This document shows positions 54,801-60,650 of a stretch of DNA of 64,000 nucleotides, one piece after another. A model generated the notes under the pieces. The model saw nothing but the letters and a program-made list of their open reading frames with translations, had not been told where the DNA came from and made no database searches. Position numbers and translations under genes: made by a program. This DNA comes from Bugula neritina (lineage: Eukaryota; Animalia; Bryozoa): positions 7,597,190 to 7,661,189 of the forward strand of contig OZ037771.1 of assembly GCA_964035545.1 (NCBI GenBank), read 5' to 3'. The stretch's first letter is position 1. Every line of letters starts with the position of its first letter.

Positions 54801-56392
54801 AGCAGTGAATACTTTGAAGAATACGAAACAAACCTAAGGCTACAAGCTGTGCAAGTAACATTATATTTGATTTGTGACTTCCTAATGAATATTTAGCTAT
54901 CCATTTATCTACTGGCAGAACAAATATTAAAGTTATCCCCACATGCAGGTAATTAGCTATGATGTGTGAGTCACCAGAAGTCATTGTTGACCTCTTCCCC
55001 AGCAGCTTCAGCTCAAACTAATATAATTCCATTCCAGTACAATAGTGGAAAAAATGCAATACTTTTTAAATTCAATTATTTATGGGTCTTTATGATTTTC
55101 TTTTTAGGGGTTTGGTTGAACATAATTTAGTTTGCACTTTTTCTCATCAAGCACACCGGCTTTTCCAAAATTCCACTCTTACTGCACCCACATTTATAAT
55201 GCATGTCAAACAGAATGACTACTAAGGTGCAGTAGAGATATGAAGGAATATTGCTGACATGCCATACAAGTATAACTCATCAAACACTTCAACATTCCAG
55301 TAAAGAGTCAGTGAGTGACAACTGAAAAATCTACAGCAAGATACACAGCTCAAGTATATATTATTATCCAAAGAGAATTCATGTTATAGAGGATAGAGAT
55401 ATTGTGACCTTAAACATGTTGATAACAAAGTGATGGTAGACTTACTATTCTAAACTGTTGATACTGGTTAGCCGTTGAATACGCAAGTTAGTCACAAGTG
55501 GAGCAAACTCTGTAACAGCAGATGGCAGATCTCCCTCTATAAGTAGGTCAGTGATCACATGACCTGAACAGAGCTTCTTTATTTCCTCCTTTGTATAGAG
55601 TTCTGCAGATTTGTAGAACAACCCTCTTTTGTTAATAGGATCCATACCAGAGTGCCTCCACCAACACTTGTATTTCTCTGCTAATAACAAATGATCTAGT
55701 TTTAGTACATCCGTACCCAATAATAGAGTAAATATAATATCACCTCCTTTCTAGTTCATTTATCTATGTTAATATTTTAATAGTATAAAGTACATCATTT
55801 TACTGTTGAATTACTTATATAATAATTGAAAATATAATCCAGTAGTAAACATATTCCTATATTCAAAGAGACAAACATACTAATAGTTGAGGCATCAACA
55901 TGAAGATTAATAGGAATAAAACTGAGACTTTCTTCAACTTTTTATATCAGGTAGACTGAAAACAAATGAGAAACTTATCTATTAGACAATGGTGATGTTT
56001 CTATTTAAGATTTCACATACAACATGTTGATAAGAAAATACTAGCAAGTATAAGAAATGGCAAGAATTAGAAATAAACATATTTTAATGTGATCCAAAAA
56101 TTTATCAACAGATCCATTAAGCTACGTGCAGATAAAAGCCACAGAAAGTGTACAGAAACACCAAAGTATAAATATAGTTCAGAGAAGAAACTTAAAGGGG
56201 GACAACAAAGTCTTTATTTTTAACTTTCAAGCTGGAAGATGTAATTGAAACCCATTCAGGTATATTTAAAGAATACTGTATTCAGGTGTGTATTTTACCA
56301 TTCTCCAGACCAACTAATATTGTATACGGACCTGTTTGTGAAGTTGCTGCTGTTACTTCATCCTCAGAACTGATTACAGAGTTGGTAGCCAT
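24895..56392 (-). CDS. LRR-Roc-COR-caspase gene copy 2; intact frame of about 1177 aa with 2 LRR cassettes
   Basis: Exons: 56332-56392, 55446-55677, 38750-38887, 35778-35915, 30079-32003, 29910-29978, 29578-29750, 28373-28540, 27612-27831, 27322-27483, 26593-26702, 24895-25032; total 3534 nt, no stop seen before the terminal TAG. The first exon is the least certain. Confidence 0.85.
25345..26500. repeat. Expanded (ACTAT/ACTATG)n satellite with a unique ~110-bp insert
   Basis: Visible directly; non-repetitive insert at about 26173-26282. Confidence 0.95.
28779..29085. mobile_element. Degenerate MITE (piggyBac-like CCC..GGG ends); also at 63658-63967
   Basis: CCCATCATTCACACTTA / TAAGCGTGAATGAGGGG inverted ends; TTAA TSD not intact; the segment is absent from copy 1. 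Confidence 0.5.
29220..29555. repeat. Minisatellite, about 32-bp unit, 11 copies
   Basis: CCAAGG(C/T)TATA recurs every 29-32 bp. Confidence 0.92.
30079..32003 (-). CDS. Large exon of copy 2: last LRRs, Roc GTPase and COR (intact)
   Basis: ORF 30074..31969 with GRSLSGKTSL, DFGGNE, THRD; donor A|GTTAGT lies just before the apparent stop. Confidence 0.92.
32435..34379 (-). mobile_element. 5'-truncated CR1-group LINE (reverse transcriptase), only in copy 2
   Basis: RT motifs NYRPISIL, QFGF, FIDFSKAFD, GVPQGSIL, LFADD (ORF 32647..34062); frameshift near 34035 from ORF 34013..34387; AATAAA plus (AAAAC)n tail at about 32435-32460; about 10 bp of target missing relative to copy 1 (11716-11725), no TSD. 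Confidence 0.92.
35778..35915 (-). CDS. LRR cassette exon, copy 2, exon 2 of 2
   Basis: ...LVVSLNEL...LTELYLMKCDLHTLPD; 138 nt. Confidence 0.93.
36711..38364. mobile_element. hAT-type element at the same site as 14373-16026
   Basis: CAGTGGCTCTCA ... TGGGAACCACTG; TSD GTCTAGGC/GTTTAGGC. Confidence 0.85.
38750..38887 (-). CDS. LRR cassette exon, copy 2, exon 1 of 2
   Basis: ...LDVSENKL...LTELHLEHCDLHTLPD; 138 nt. Confidence 0.93.
39651..39866 (+). repeat. Polinton left TIR; first 104 nt form a hairpin
   Basis: Reverse complement of 54390-54633 apart from small indels. Confidence 0.93.
40092..40616 (-). CDS. Polinton terminal paralog family protein 3 (unknown function)
   Basis: Shares LYWTDK, ISGAEHNVP, YPSHKPS, ALPFH, KLYYN with its neighbours. 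Confidence 0.8.
   Translation of the reverse strand: MNIYKFSKVDITTNKAFISGIINNNKFYYYENINSFTVDLINDYLVNKPIKITHALIQFYGEHYTKNKTKALYWTDKKIGLHIRNSVNPFDESKENLFYTISGAEHNVPYSKININKTVNANNNFSFTIALSSDYPSHKPSNVILTDTPASEITDTALPFHWVYFKLYYNSINE
40613..41149 (-). CDS. Polinton terminal paralog family protein 2
   Basis: Same motifs; stop overlaps the next start (TAAATGA-type coupling). Confidence 0.8.
   Translation of the reverse strand: MNSVYIFGNSAKANIINEKPYITNIIIPSYFIENIRDDYFEGILIRDFLVDEPIEITNILVHFYGEQAHNTKELYWTDKRLNLEIRDSANTFKYSDVAENIFFSYDISGAEHNVPFSEINVNKIIEANKNFSLSIILSKTYPSHKPSNVILTDTPDNGITNTALPFHYVLVKLYYNYK
41146..41658 (-). CDS. Polinton terminal paralog family protein 1
   Basis: Same motifs; TAAATG start. 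Confidence 0.8.
   Translation of the reverse strand: MTSVYIFGNSANIINEQPYITNIIIPSEFTYYLGGFTTTLIKDFLVDEPIEITNILIQFYGEQAHNTKKLYWTDKRIGLHIRNSTELFNPSNENTFYNISGNEHNVPFSEINANKIIKANKNFKLTMSLSKNYPSHKPSDVILIDTPASEITDAALPFHYVLVKLYYNYK
41659..42060 (-). CDS. Adenain-like maturation cysteine protease
   Basis: ILNLD...GTHWVA, YFDSFG, Q...ICGHLC catalytic His/Asp/Cys pattern. Confidence 0.92.
   Translation of the reverse strand: MSIKLENKALSNIELEFAIKKLKIPNFRGVFSRNDLPNKPRKKECGILNLDDLMGNGTHWVAWYKNNNKKYYFDSFGLHPPLEIMKYLKPPIFYNTERVQKFNTVICGHLCLYWLKEMSKHESPQLIINKLLI
42057..44666 (-). CDS. polB: Protein-primed family B DNA polymerase (C-terminal part)
   Basis: YADFE, HNLSGYD, YLDANNLYG, KLMNNSVFGK, TDTDS; endonuclease VII-like Zn motif CYIC..DHCH..G.YRGAAH..CN. 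Confidence 0.96.
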   Translation of the reverse strand: MAKKIIIRILYVSAKHICVNCMNSFRSNESLKKHQDWCLKNDSVTTTFPKLEDKIKFQSSHYCRGMRVPFVIYADFECFTKPIQGCNPNFKESYTNQYQQHEPLGFGYYIVSVTGECNYRSYTKETEDEDIGEQFIRLLELDIKNIYKKHKFAKTMRITTDEQKSFELAENCYICEKELSNDRVRDHCHLTGNYRGAAHKNCNLNYKIPKFYPIFIHNLSGYDAHLFIKNLGGEPSCIPNTEEKYISFSKKLLVDEFTNKEGEKIKVTREIRFLNSYKFMSSNLASLVANLKRDDFKHLGEYYKEKQLDLVLRKGVFPYDYFNNLSVLDETSLPPKEKFYSSLTEQNISEEDYIHAQNVWREFNMRTFKEYHNLYMKVDVLHLADVFENFRNVCLKYYKLDPAWYYTAPGLSWDAMLKTTELKLDPITDVNQLLFFEKAIRGGVSMISHRYAKANNKYMENYNASEPSSYITYLDANNLYGWAMSKNLPTGNFKWMTEKRCKNLEKSLNFPPSFLEVDLEYSKELHDSHKDYPFCPERLTINKVEKLVPNLNNKKNYIIHYEALKQCLMYGLKLTKIHRGITFNESNKLEKYIKLNTELRTLARSDFEKDFFKLMNNSVFGKTMEDIRNRVNVKLVTSESEAKKFTNQLNFKSFTIFSENLIAVHMNVTKLKFDKPVYLGAAILDISKTLMYDFHYEYIKHKYNNKAQLLFTDTDSLMYHVQTEDFYKDILPDIENKFDTSNYPKNHKSGIPTGKNKKVIGKFKDEAGGKQITEFVGLRAKLYSYKMDDIEEKKCKGINKTTRDNRITFDDYKECLLTRRNQFRTINVLRSHKHTMYAETINKVALSAEDDKRIILEDGITTVPYGYNK
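44629..45672 (-). CDS. N-terminal (terminal-protein) region of pPolB, out of frame with the catalytic part
   Basis: Helix-extension-helix-like start (LKALAKERGLKRYSRLKKAELI); YQPLNGSSWIDLP, INPKNKDDKCFMWA, INVF and LLY..HY motifs typical of Polinton PolB N-termini. Confidence 0.8.
   Translation of the reverse strand: MEFNTKITVKALKALAKERGLKRYSRLKKAELIRLLSPMDEPVPNIGQAPLIPTPVKKIMREIFTQTTRNIKKWVIKPITKIINPIKDKIMALYNQPKLKEQAANGWFQTYEIKGLPGYDIDSFSKLVKLNVIELLKPTIKVKIFIYCEMKKHNISTGEIIIETMPFTSNVEIILASTNINEVYDEIIQRIKENFASLNAKGSSWMFKAIKKMEININKYQPLNGSSWIDLPKEIKLKKAVINPKNKDDKCFMWAILMGVYPVNKNIERISNYKEHINKLSWEGVEFPATKESIDAFEKVNPSIGINVFMWNGNTINLWRKTSGQNKIINLLYITDGEKNHYTYIIR
45751..45978 (-). CDS. Small hypothetical Polinton protein
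   Basis: ORF from MDLTVELL; no motif recognised. Confidence 0.45.
   Translation of the reverse strand: MDLTVELLDKLIAETEQKKYTPLLEYLYIPVINNISLKEINFRTRKQIPNINRYFYIKSILKREAYKLKEENRDV
46021..46500 (+). CDS. Polinton protein with two predicted transmembrane helices
   Basis: Two hydrophobic stretches between coiled segments; C-terminal SKFLSD..I...EY; TAAATG start. Confidence 0.75.
   Translation: MDFRREKLELLNDEIIKLENEYEQKLNRFNWLSKSLKIISGLCGTTNLICGVIITALINANVTKQTLLPLSIIVSIMSVITTSISSQDAKLIKSTLMYLDIYTFIKDSKLEINSMLSKFLSDSHIDEQEYDAITEKYKNINNVILDKKSDIIVARNNVC
46588..46980 (-). CDS. Hypothetical Polinton protein with short repeated (E/I)xIYK motifs
   Basis: 130-aa ORF with TAAATG start. Confidence 0.6.
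   Translation of the reverse strand: MATVITYKSLDGTPITETIYKNNDCEKRVYEGGDIKERIIYKKFNILNEMTNSSNECGLLEEITYNNKKEIIYKENDGKLKIKTIYKSKEIIQELNVGLINYAAARIPSFFTKLKYAEDEIEKRRNDALH
47000..47569 (-). CDS. Putative virion core / membrane-active precursor protein
   Basis: MSGG|FLGALLGIATRVIPTLLK amphipathic segment after an adenain-type site; basic and Gly-rich. Confidence 0.7.
   Translation of the reverse strand: MGYCEIIGNVPQAQKQKIMNAYRSGKGCVIKLPLESGNDKLVVTKTQNDNILKALNANKKNITLEMSPSLVKTNASMSGGFLGALLGIATRVIPTLLKTIIPGVLSGAASAGVERAIKGKGLYLKKGGCVCSVEPNLNGSITLKPVASSNLMKGNGLYLKQGSSYIKGEGLILGPNSPFKNIPLLGMLL
47582..48340 (-). CDS. Minor capsid protein (penton, single jelly roll)
   Basis: PPIEL..YE..L, LP.G.Y....L, LGF, D..G..LD...E.....HLR pattern; adjacent to the MCP. 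Confidence 0.82.
   Translation of the reverse strand: MDNRILREIADNTASKQTMTIGVTDTKTRIITQLNPPIELNKNKKYEMCLISLDTFYSFPNISTDRNSYRWSKDGGTTWHLVSLPVGVYELDQLEEAIQDEIVKEGGNRNGITLQANKVTFRIILKLKPNYQIDFNVENSLRDVLGFNAAIYNQPYIEATNIVNILNINAIHVQVDCINGSYIDGTYKPVIYSFFPSVSPGYKIIEKPHNLIYLPVHVKYIKTLTVTVTDQKGNLLDLSGEQLSIRFHLREV
48341..49615 (-). CDS. Major capsid protein (double jelly roll)
   Basis: 424 aa, beta-rich; PSKSYL.IEG, LFGF..DY.K, WWMPHV.P, KPKYIIVGFQ, LNSERYP, LFVIDVSKQ. Confidence 0.87.
   Translation of the reverse strand: MDSLNITQKIVLDTSVERDQVHEYEPVTGTNLNTPSEIRIVINQQDLYVQPSKSYLIIEGRLTKNDGTAYADADLVTLTNNGMAYLFKSIRYQLDGHDLEYINNPGHASTMMGLLTYPDDYGKSRGLNQLWSKDTTAAAAAANLGFNARQIYIIQKPDPKGTFSIKVDLRHLFGFADDYEKVLYGIKHQLTLVRDTNDNAIFRANGVDAGKITLDKVSWWMPHVTPSFEMKHKLYKIIESKTELPLIYRSRWCDSIAVPQTTNFTWRLGSRGDTEKPKYIIVGFQTDKNESQTTNPAVFDHVNVKSVYAMLNSERYPEVDYDIDFAKMKFSRVYGDASKFCGEYYGINELIAYSNVLPSEYKDLYALFVIDVSKQSEALKSSVADIQLRVQFSQNVPANTQAYALILSDKTMSLSSDGNNLKVI
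49637..49948 (-). CDS. Small basic virion precursor with an amphipathic helix
   Basis: YAGGGIFDTIRNIVTKIAS; K/R-rich; LEGSG near the C-terminus. Confidence 0.65.
   Translation of the reverse strand: MYVYDKRQRLQRHYAGGGIFDTIRNIVTKIASNSSVRELGKKAIAKAGTAAGEKIVNAIKKRRQKKLNAKSQAILQKLNQTKNILNNNNISNILEGSGQAIAY
49952..50758 (-). CDS. Conserved Polinton protein (PZ-like)
   Basis: Y..T.GL..LL and C-terminal DPN.LVERL.LL..S..AGN....NEI..I.DEL motif. Confidence 0.75.
   Translation of the reverse strand: MSYLKIHDPIKRDKTVQDFIFRKNKLKENFKRERERELNAAIAQEKYFEPVIASQAQTTDALKQLLTLPNYNVQPAITDGVINLDEFTQNALAGLEPGAYNVKWDGNRHVIGTKPISFNDGKIIFDNEEYPATRGLLSLLTRKTPIGYDDNDLANYANILDNSGAIYQSKHGPIDKNSEKWKNIVRPIWEQLYPQRAKLADSKKAKRQVGDGVVYLSSDPNALVERLELLISSAKAGNTGVRNEIVSILDELLRMKIITRDYYKSILV
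50772..50958. repeat. 31-bp palindromic tandem repeat inside the Polinton (4 full copies plus degenerate copies)
   Basis: ATTTGTGTCTACTTTTT(G/A)TGGACACAAACAC at 50772, 50803, 50834 and 50865. Confidence 0.92.
50957..52321 (-). CDS. int: Retroviral-like (rve) integrase with chromodomain, fused to an N-terminal Zn ribbon and a parvovirus-type PLA2 domain
   Basis: WAADLVD, IDVFSKY, WVDKGKEF, VERWNRT (DDE); LVKWLGY...NSWV chromodomain; PGHNFLGPG and D..A.RHDVCY PLA2 motifs; CCKC...CGQC. Confidence 0.93.
   Translation of the reverse strand: MYCCKCKTKTKTLNYEKRVSKNNRLMGYGNCGQCGCKKTTFVGSGLANNLINNLPFELHYPGHNFLGPGTKLNKRLNDDMTPKEWSKPVDRDDAIAMRHDVCYALNKDTKTRNEICDKNMLDELKAIPNPTPSEQRHSRFASAIIGAKKRLGWGWTNELAEELHKPVQKKFRKRRVWVSGIDNIWAADLVDMTEFSKFNNGYKYLLTVIDVFSKYGWIIPLKNKTGKAVALALKTILTRRKPQHLWVDKGKEFYNKDVKSLIDLYSTENEEKSSVVERWNRTMKERMFKYFSANNTYKYIDVLKDLVKRYNETKHSSIGMTPIEASDPSNENKVRVKLYPNLPAPSKHKFAIGDRVRIPRKKRTFEKGYTVRWTEEVFTISKILYTNPTTYKLTDSGGEEIQGSFYEQELQKTSQEMYRIERVIKKKGKKALVKWLGYPDSQNSWVNLNVLERL
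52334..53092 (+). CDS. A32/FtsK-like DNA packaging ATPase
   Basis: Walker A GKSGCGKT, Walker B IIFDD, RGRH, LSQ, IREN. Confidence 0.94.
   Translation: MEIENLSWKNEINRNNNPLLPKSIRGLIVGKSGCGKTTLLCNLLLQPNWLDYDKLMIYGKSLSQPEYINMRKAFERKLTKEEILNFFKNSDAIINSGINVNRVLKNSKGNGNINAEFIESSDDVYDPSELDVSNKNLIIFDDLMLEKQKTCESYYVRGRHNNVDCFYLSQNYFKLPRNTIRENANFICLFPQDGKNLNHIYQDHVNGDLTLNEFKNCCYKGWQKPHGFITLDLSSSKNNGRYRHGLDEFYIP
53096..53584 (+). CDS. Divergent fourth member of the terminal paralog family
   Basis: LYWKDK, Y.SRKP.D, ALPF...KLYYNYK shared with the proteins at 40092-41658. Confidence 0.78.
   Translation: MSVYKFGKSLAKAKKENYIERVVTKNNDVFIQSFSTTINIGMLLGYIVDKPIELKYALLEFQHLPANNNNPLYWKDKNLTLIIGDVNNPLEHNTKEYIIQGGVARVKIPMLEYIESDKNIGLVLHCSNDYTSRKPNDITVNDNAPIALPFELVSLKLYYNYK
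53581..54357 (+). CDS. Putative fibre/spike shaft protein
   Basis: GTLDMGENKISRVINPVDDQDVATKKYVD fibre/adhesin-type motif, then about 5 repeats of about 39 aa (KIQ...KLT.ST..G...DS.L.V.D.VT..NI.N.A). Confidence 0.65.
   Translation: MSVYKFGGSEKTKIDTKKFVLINGSSTLTGTLDMGENKISRVINPVDDQDVATKKYVDDTSMPKIQNPINQLTISTDDGRVIDSDLKVDDVVTKTNISNYAVPLIRDPSEKLTVSTNTGNIIDSSLSVSDIVTTSNINNFAINKIQPANEKLTVSTTSGNVADSSLSVSDVVTTSNINNFAMNKIQPIIGNKLLMLSSDGNIVETGINISDLITINNINNYAIPKLQGAVGNKLVLSTNDGGITESTESLPTFPSYNV
54390..54633 (-). repeat. Polinton right TIR with hairpin at 54530-54633
   Basis: Inverted copy of 39651-39866. Confidence 0.93.
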
Positions 56393-58044
56393 CTTGTTTC
56401 TAGTATCAGATACTACAATGTAATACTAATGTATGTACTATGAATATAGTATGAGATAGTACACAATGTATGTATATTGAGTGAAAGGGTGTATAGAGCA
56501 AGTAGAATAGTAAACAGTAGAGAGACAGTGAAGTAAAACAAGGTGAACCAAGGAATAAAACTGTTCATAGCAATTTCATTTATTGATAATTCTCAATATA
56601 TATTTTATTAAGATTTTTAGCTATTGATAATTTATAGCATTTGATAATTTGTGACATACAGGTTTAATCAACAAGTTTAACAGTAACTTGGCTTACATGT
56701 TTGAGACAAGATTATTGAATATCGCATAAGAGTTGGTTTAGGACAAGAGGAAATATCAAGTTTGACAACTTAGTATATTTCATTTCATTGTTTAACAGGT
56801 ACTAACTACTAGAACAAAGATTGATTTCCTAATAATAATGGAAACTGTGAGGACAAGCTACAATAGTATTCTAATAGTAATTTCCTATGTCTCATCTTTT
56901 ACTTATGTTCACCAGAATTACCAACTTGTAGACTATTCCATTGTGTTTCATGTTTATTAACTATACAATCATCTAACTGTTGTGGAGGTATAGACTTGTC
57001 AATACCATGAAAAATATAATAATGTTTCCAAGACCTCTGTACTGTGGGCATAAATACTGCAGTAATTACTCATGATCTGATAATAAGTCTACTCTAGTTT
57101 GAACATAGACTTTCACTTTGGGAATAAATCAAATTGTCTTTTTGTAGAATACTTCTTGGATATTTACTATTGAATAAAAGTTTGTTATTGGTAAAACTGG
57201 TGAACAATTCTAAACAGAATATAGTGGTTACTATCTTCTGTGTTGAGAATTTCTGTTACTGTCTCTGCTACAGCAGATGTCATACCAACAAACTATGACC
57301 TCACTGTCACACCAGTAGCTCTGTGAGTCAAACAGTATACATTACATTTCCATCACTGTCTTTACTACCAGTAATTATAATACAAATCATTGTGACAACT
57401 ATAGCTCTGATAAACAGATACCAAAAACTAGAAACACATATTTTATCATTGGATCAGATCTCAATCCATGTTTCAAACTTTACTATATAATTCAAGTATA
57501 ACATATTAAATGTTATAACTCTTCCTTGATAAGAGTTGGAGGTGTGTTGTGGCCAAGCCAAGTAAATCCTAACAATACATTGACTGCAAATATAACTTAA
57601 AAGCTAAAATATAATATTACTCTTTGAGTTGAATAAATAATTTATAAACACCCTACGCTGTTGGAATGCCTATACTTTAAAACTAAGCTTTAAGTACTAT
57701 CTTCAAGCCTACCCACTGACCATGGTGATAGTGTTAACGGTCAGAACACCCATAACTAAAGTCATTATTGTAATACTCATAGCGAATATAATTTATAATG
57801 AGCCATACTCATAGTGAATGACAAACTCGATGACACTTCGATCATCAATCAATCATCAAATTTAATGTTATTCGAAATAAATCAATAATATAATTATCAA
57901 TTATAATTATCAACATCAATACGAATATGTTCATATTCTTCTTCATATTCAATATTCTTATTATTTATTAGATTATTTATATTTATACTCATATTGATAT
58001 TCACTATCACATTCATATTCAATTTGACATTGCATCTCAGACTC

Positions 58045-58275
58045 AAAGTGAAACTGAAAGTCTTCGAGATAAAATTACAATGCATGACACTTACATGTGG
58101 TGCAAATTGACAAATTCTGTTAGTTCTTCAGTTTTGCACTAAAAAGTTGGTTTGAATTGCGGTTAGTATAGCGGTGAGACAGCTGAATTAGTTTCGTCAT
58201 CCAGAATGCGAGCTTATCCTCTTTTTGCTTCGTTTCAAGGACTGCCGGAAAACGCCTACTACTGCAACCGGAAAC
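58045..58275 (-). promoter_or_regulatory. Putative promoter / 5' UTR exon of gene copy 2
   Basis: AAAGTGAAACTGAAAGT at 58045-58061; donor at 58089-58094; CCGGAA at 58245 and 58268. Confidence 0.45.
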
Positions 58276-60650
58276 AGGTTAACGACGGGCTAAATGGTTT
58301 TAGTGACAAATGTAGTCTTTTTAAAAGTTGGAAGTCGTTGACGGGCTCTCTAATATTTAGATAGAAGGACTTTTTAGGAACTGAGCCAATATAAACAAAA
58401 ATGCCGATTCTGATGACAAGAAAACATTTTGTATATGCAACAGCAACGACACTAGTGTTACCAATTTCCAAGAGAATAGTGCACTTGTTATAATGTTTTG
58501 AATGACATTATTGGTGTTGTTCTGCAATATTGACTAGGCCTATTTAGTGTTGTGAAATTGTGCTTCACTTATTTGTGGGTAATTATGATTGAAGTAATGC
58601 TGCCGATTTAGAGCAAGAATAAGTTCATTTATACGCAAGATACAAGACTTACTAACTACATAAAAACATACCAAGATTACATAACTGCACAAGACTGTTT
58701 ACACGGCTTAACTATCCTGCTACTACGATCGCTAACTGCGCCCTCCTCAAGCGTACAGCTCCTTACTAGCAGCCATCCACCCGTAGGGTACAAGATCACT
58801 CGCTTCGCTGATTGGCTGCTGCAAGTGTCAGTTCAATATGGAGTTGTCCTTTCGATATAATTGGGAGCACAATATTTACAATGGTTGGGTTTAAACGGAT
58901 ATTAAATTAATAAATGTAATATGTTTGCTAGCACATGATTACCATACATTACTTTTGCCTTCTACAGATGGTATATTGGCTACAAATTAAGCATTTTTGG
59001 TTACTACTTACTAGTAAGCAAATAATTCTAGCAGCAGACATCATCAATCCCGGGTTAGAATTTCTGCACTAGGAATATTTCATTATATGAGAGGATTGTA
59101 GCTATAATACTATATAGTCGACCAGCACACAGCCAATCAATGTGTAGGGTTGACCATCACATTTTCACAACTTTAGTTATGAATATCACTTACTCCTTTG
59201 AGTTTCACAAGAAACAATTTTGTTTGTAAATATATAGTATAATAATCTTTCATTTGAATAAATACATGTCTGGTATAATGTAGATGTTATTGAAAAATTT
59301 TTCAAGAGTATATTTCAAGTACCAGCTCAAAGCTGCAACTGCATAGCCAAGTACAGCTGTACTTTACTAAATTTTACAAAAAAAATAACAATTTATGAAC
59401 ACCCTACTGGTCAAGGCAGGCAGTACAATACTACACCACTACACTACTACCACTAGGCTTGAGGCTTTCTAATGACTGCGTATCAATTCCAGGGCTATTC
59501 GTGTTCCTTTTGTAGGTGATCGTGAAGTACAATCTGAGATGACCCCAAGGATCTGGAGCTTTCCGCAAGTTTCCCATAAAGCAGATTGTGCAAACATGTC
59601 GAAGCTAACGAAGACACCGCTGGCTCAGAAAGAAAGAAGATTGTTGGCATCCAAGGTCATTGCAAACTGTCAGTACTGGGAATTTTGTTTTGCCACTTGA
59701 GATGGCTAAATAAAAACTGCTTAGTATATTTTTCAGAGTGGCACAGGGTGTCCAGGTTACACTGGAGTAGAGTAGTGTGGACAATATACATGCTTTGTAA
59801 ACATGCATCTTAGTGTTTGCTGACAGACTACTGTTTGTCCACACACTCTCTTATGTAACTTGGACATTACTGCAGAAAGTGTAGCAATTATTGAGTTGAT
59901 TGCAGACTGAATGAAGAGGGTTACACTGATGGTAGACCCTGGATACTGAACTCTGTCAACTGAGCTCAGCTCCTGACTTCCTATGCAGATACTTCAAGTA
60001 GAGTATGTTTATAAAATTATACTCTAATTCTAGTAAATGCTATGAAATATGTTGAAACACTTTTGAGTTCCTGGAAGGTGAACTACCAAAGAGCTTATAG
60101 ATAGAATTTAAAGAACTTTGAATAAAATAATTTCAAAACTATACAAGCCAGTAGCAAGTTCCCTGTCCCAAATAATTGTTTAATAATGTTTTTTTGCTTT
60201 GCTTAGTGCCAGAAGATTTGTAAACTTGCCTTATAAATGCAAAAAAGAATCAATTATAAAATGCAGTATATTTATTGTGTAAATATATTTCATAGTAAAT
60301 ATGAGTAAACAATGCTAGCAAATATATAGTAATAGTGTATACATACAAAGTCACATATAACTAGACTAAGTGCATGAGCTATGTGTATGCAGAGCATATA
60401 CATGGTTTAGCAAGAGTATAAAATGATAAGTAGAAGTAAATACTTATATTCATAGTGCGCAGGTGAAGTATATCACATAGCGGTATAAAGAGTGTCACAT
60501 GTATAGAGCATATAGTGAAATATAATACCACATGCAAGGTTTAGATACTGTAGTCAGTATATACATAATATCTGTATGAAATGTGTATATATGATATAAA
60601 TAGCGTAGTACCATACTCTACATGTCCACACAGGGATGTGGGAGCTCAGT

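Larger units (their letters stand above)
21630..57421. repeat. Tandem segmental unit 2 (enlarged by Polinton and LINE insertions)
   Basis: Colinear with unit 1 except for insertions/deletions and LRR exon number. Confidence 0.95.
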
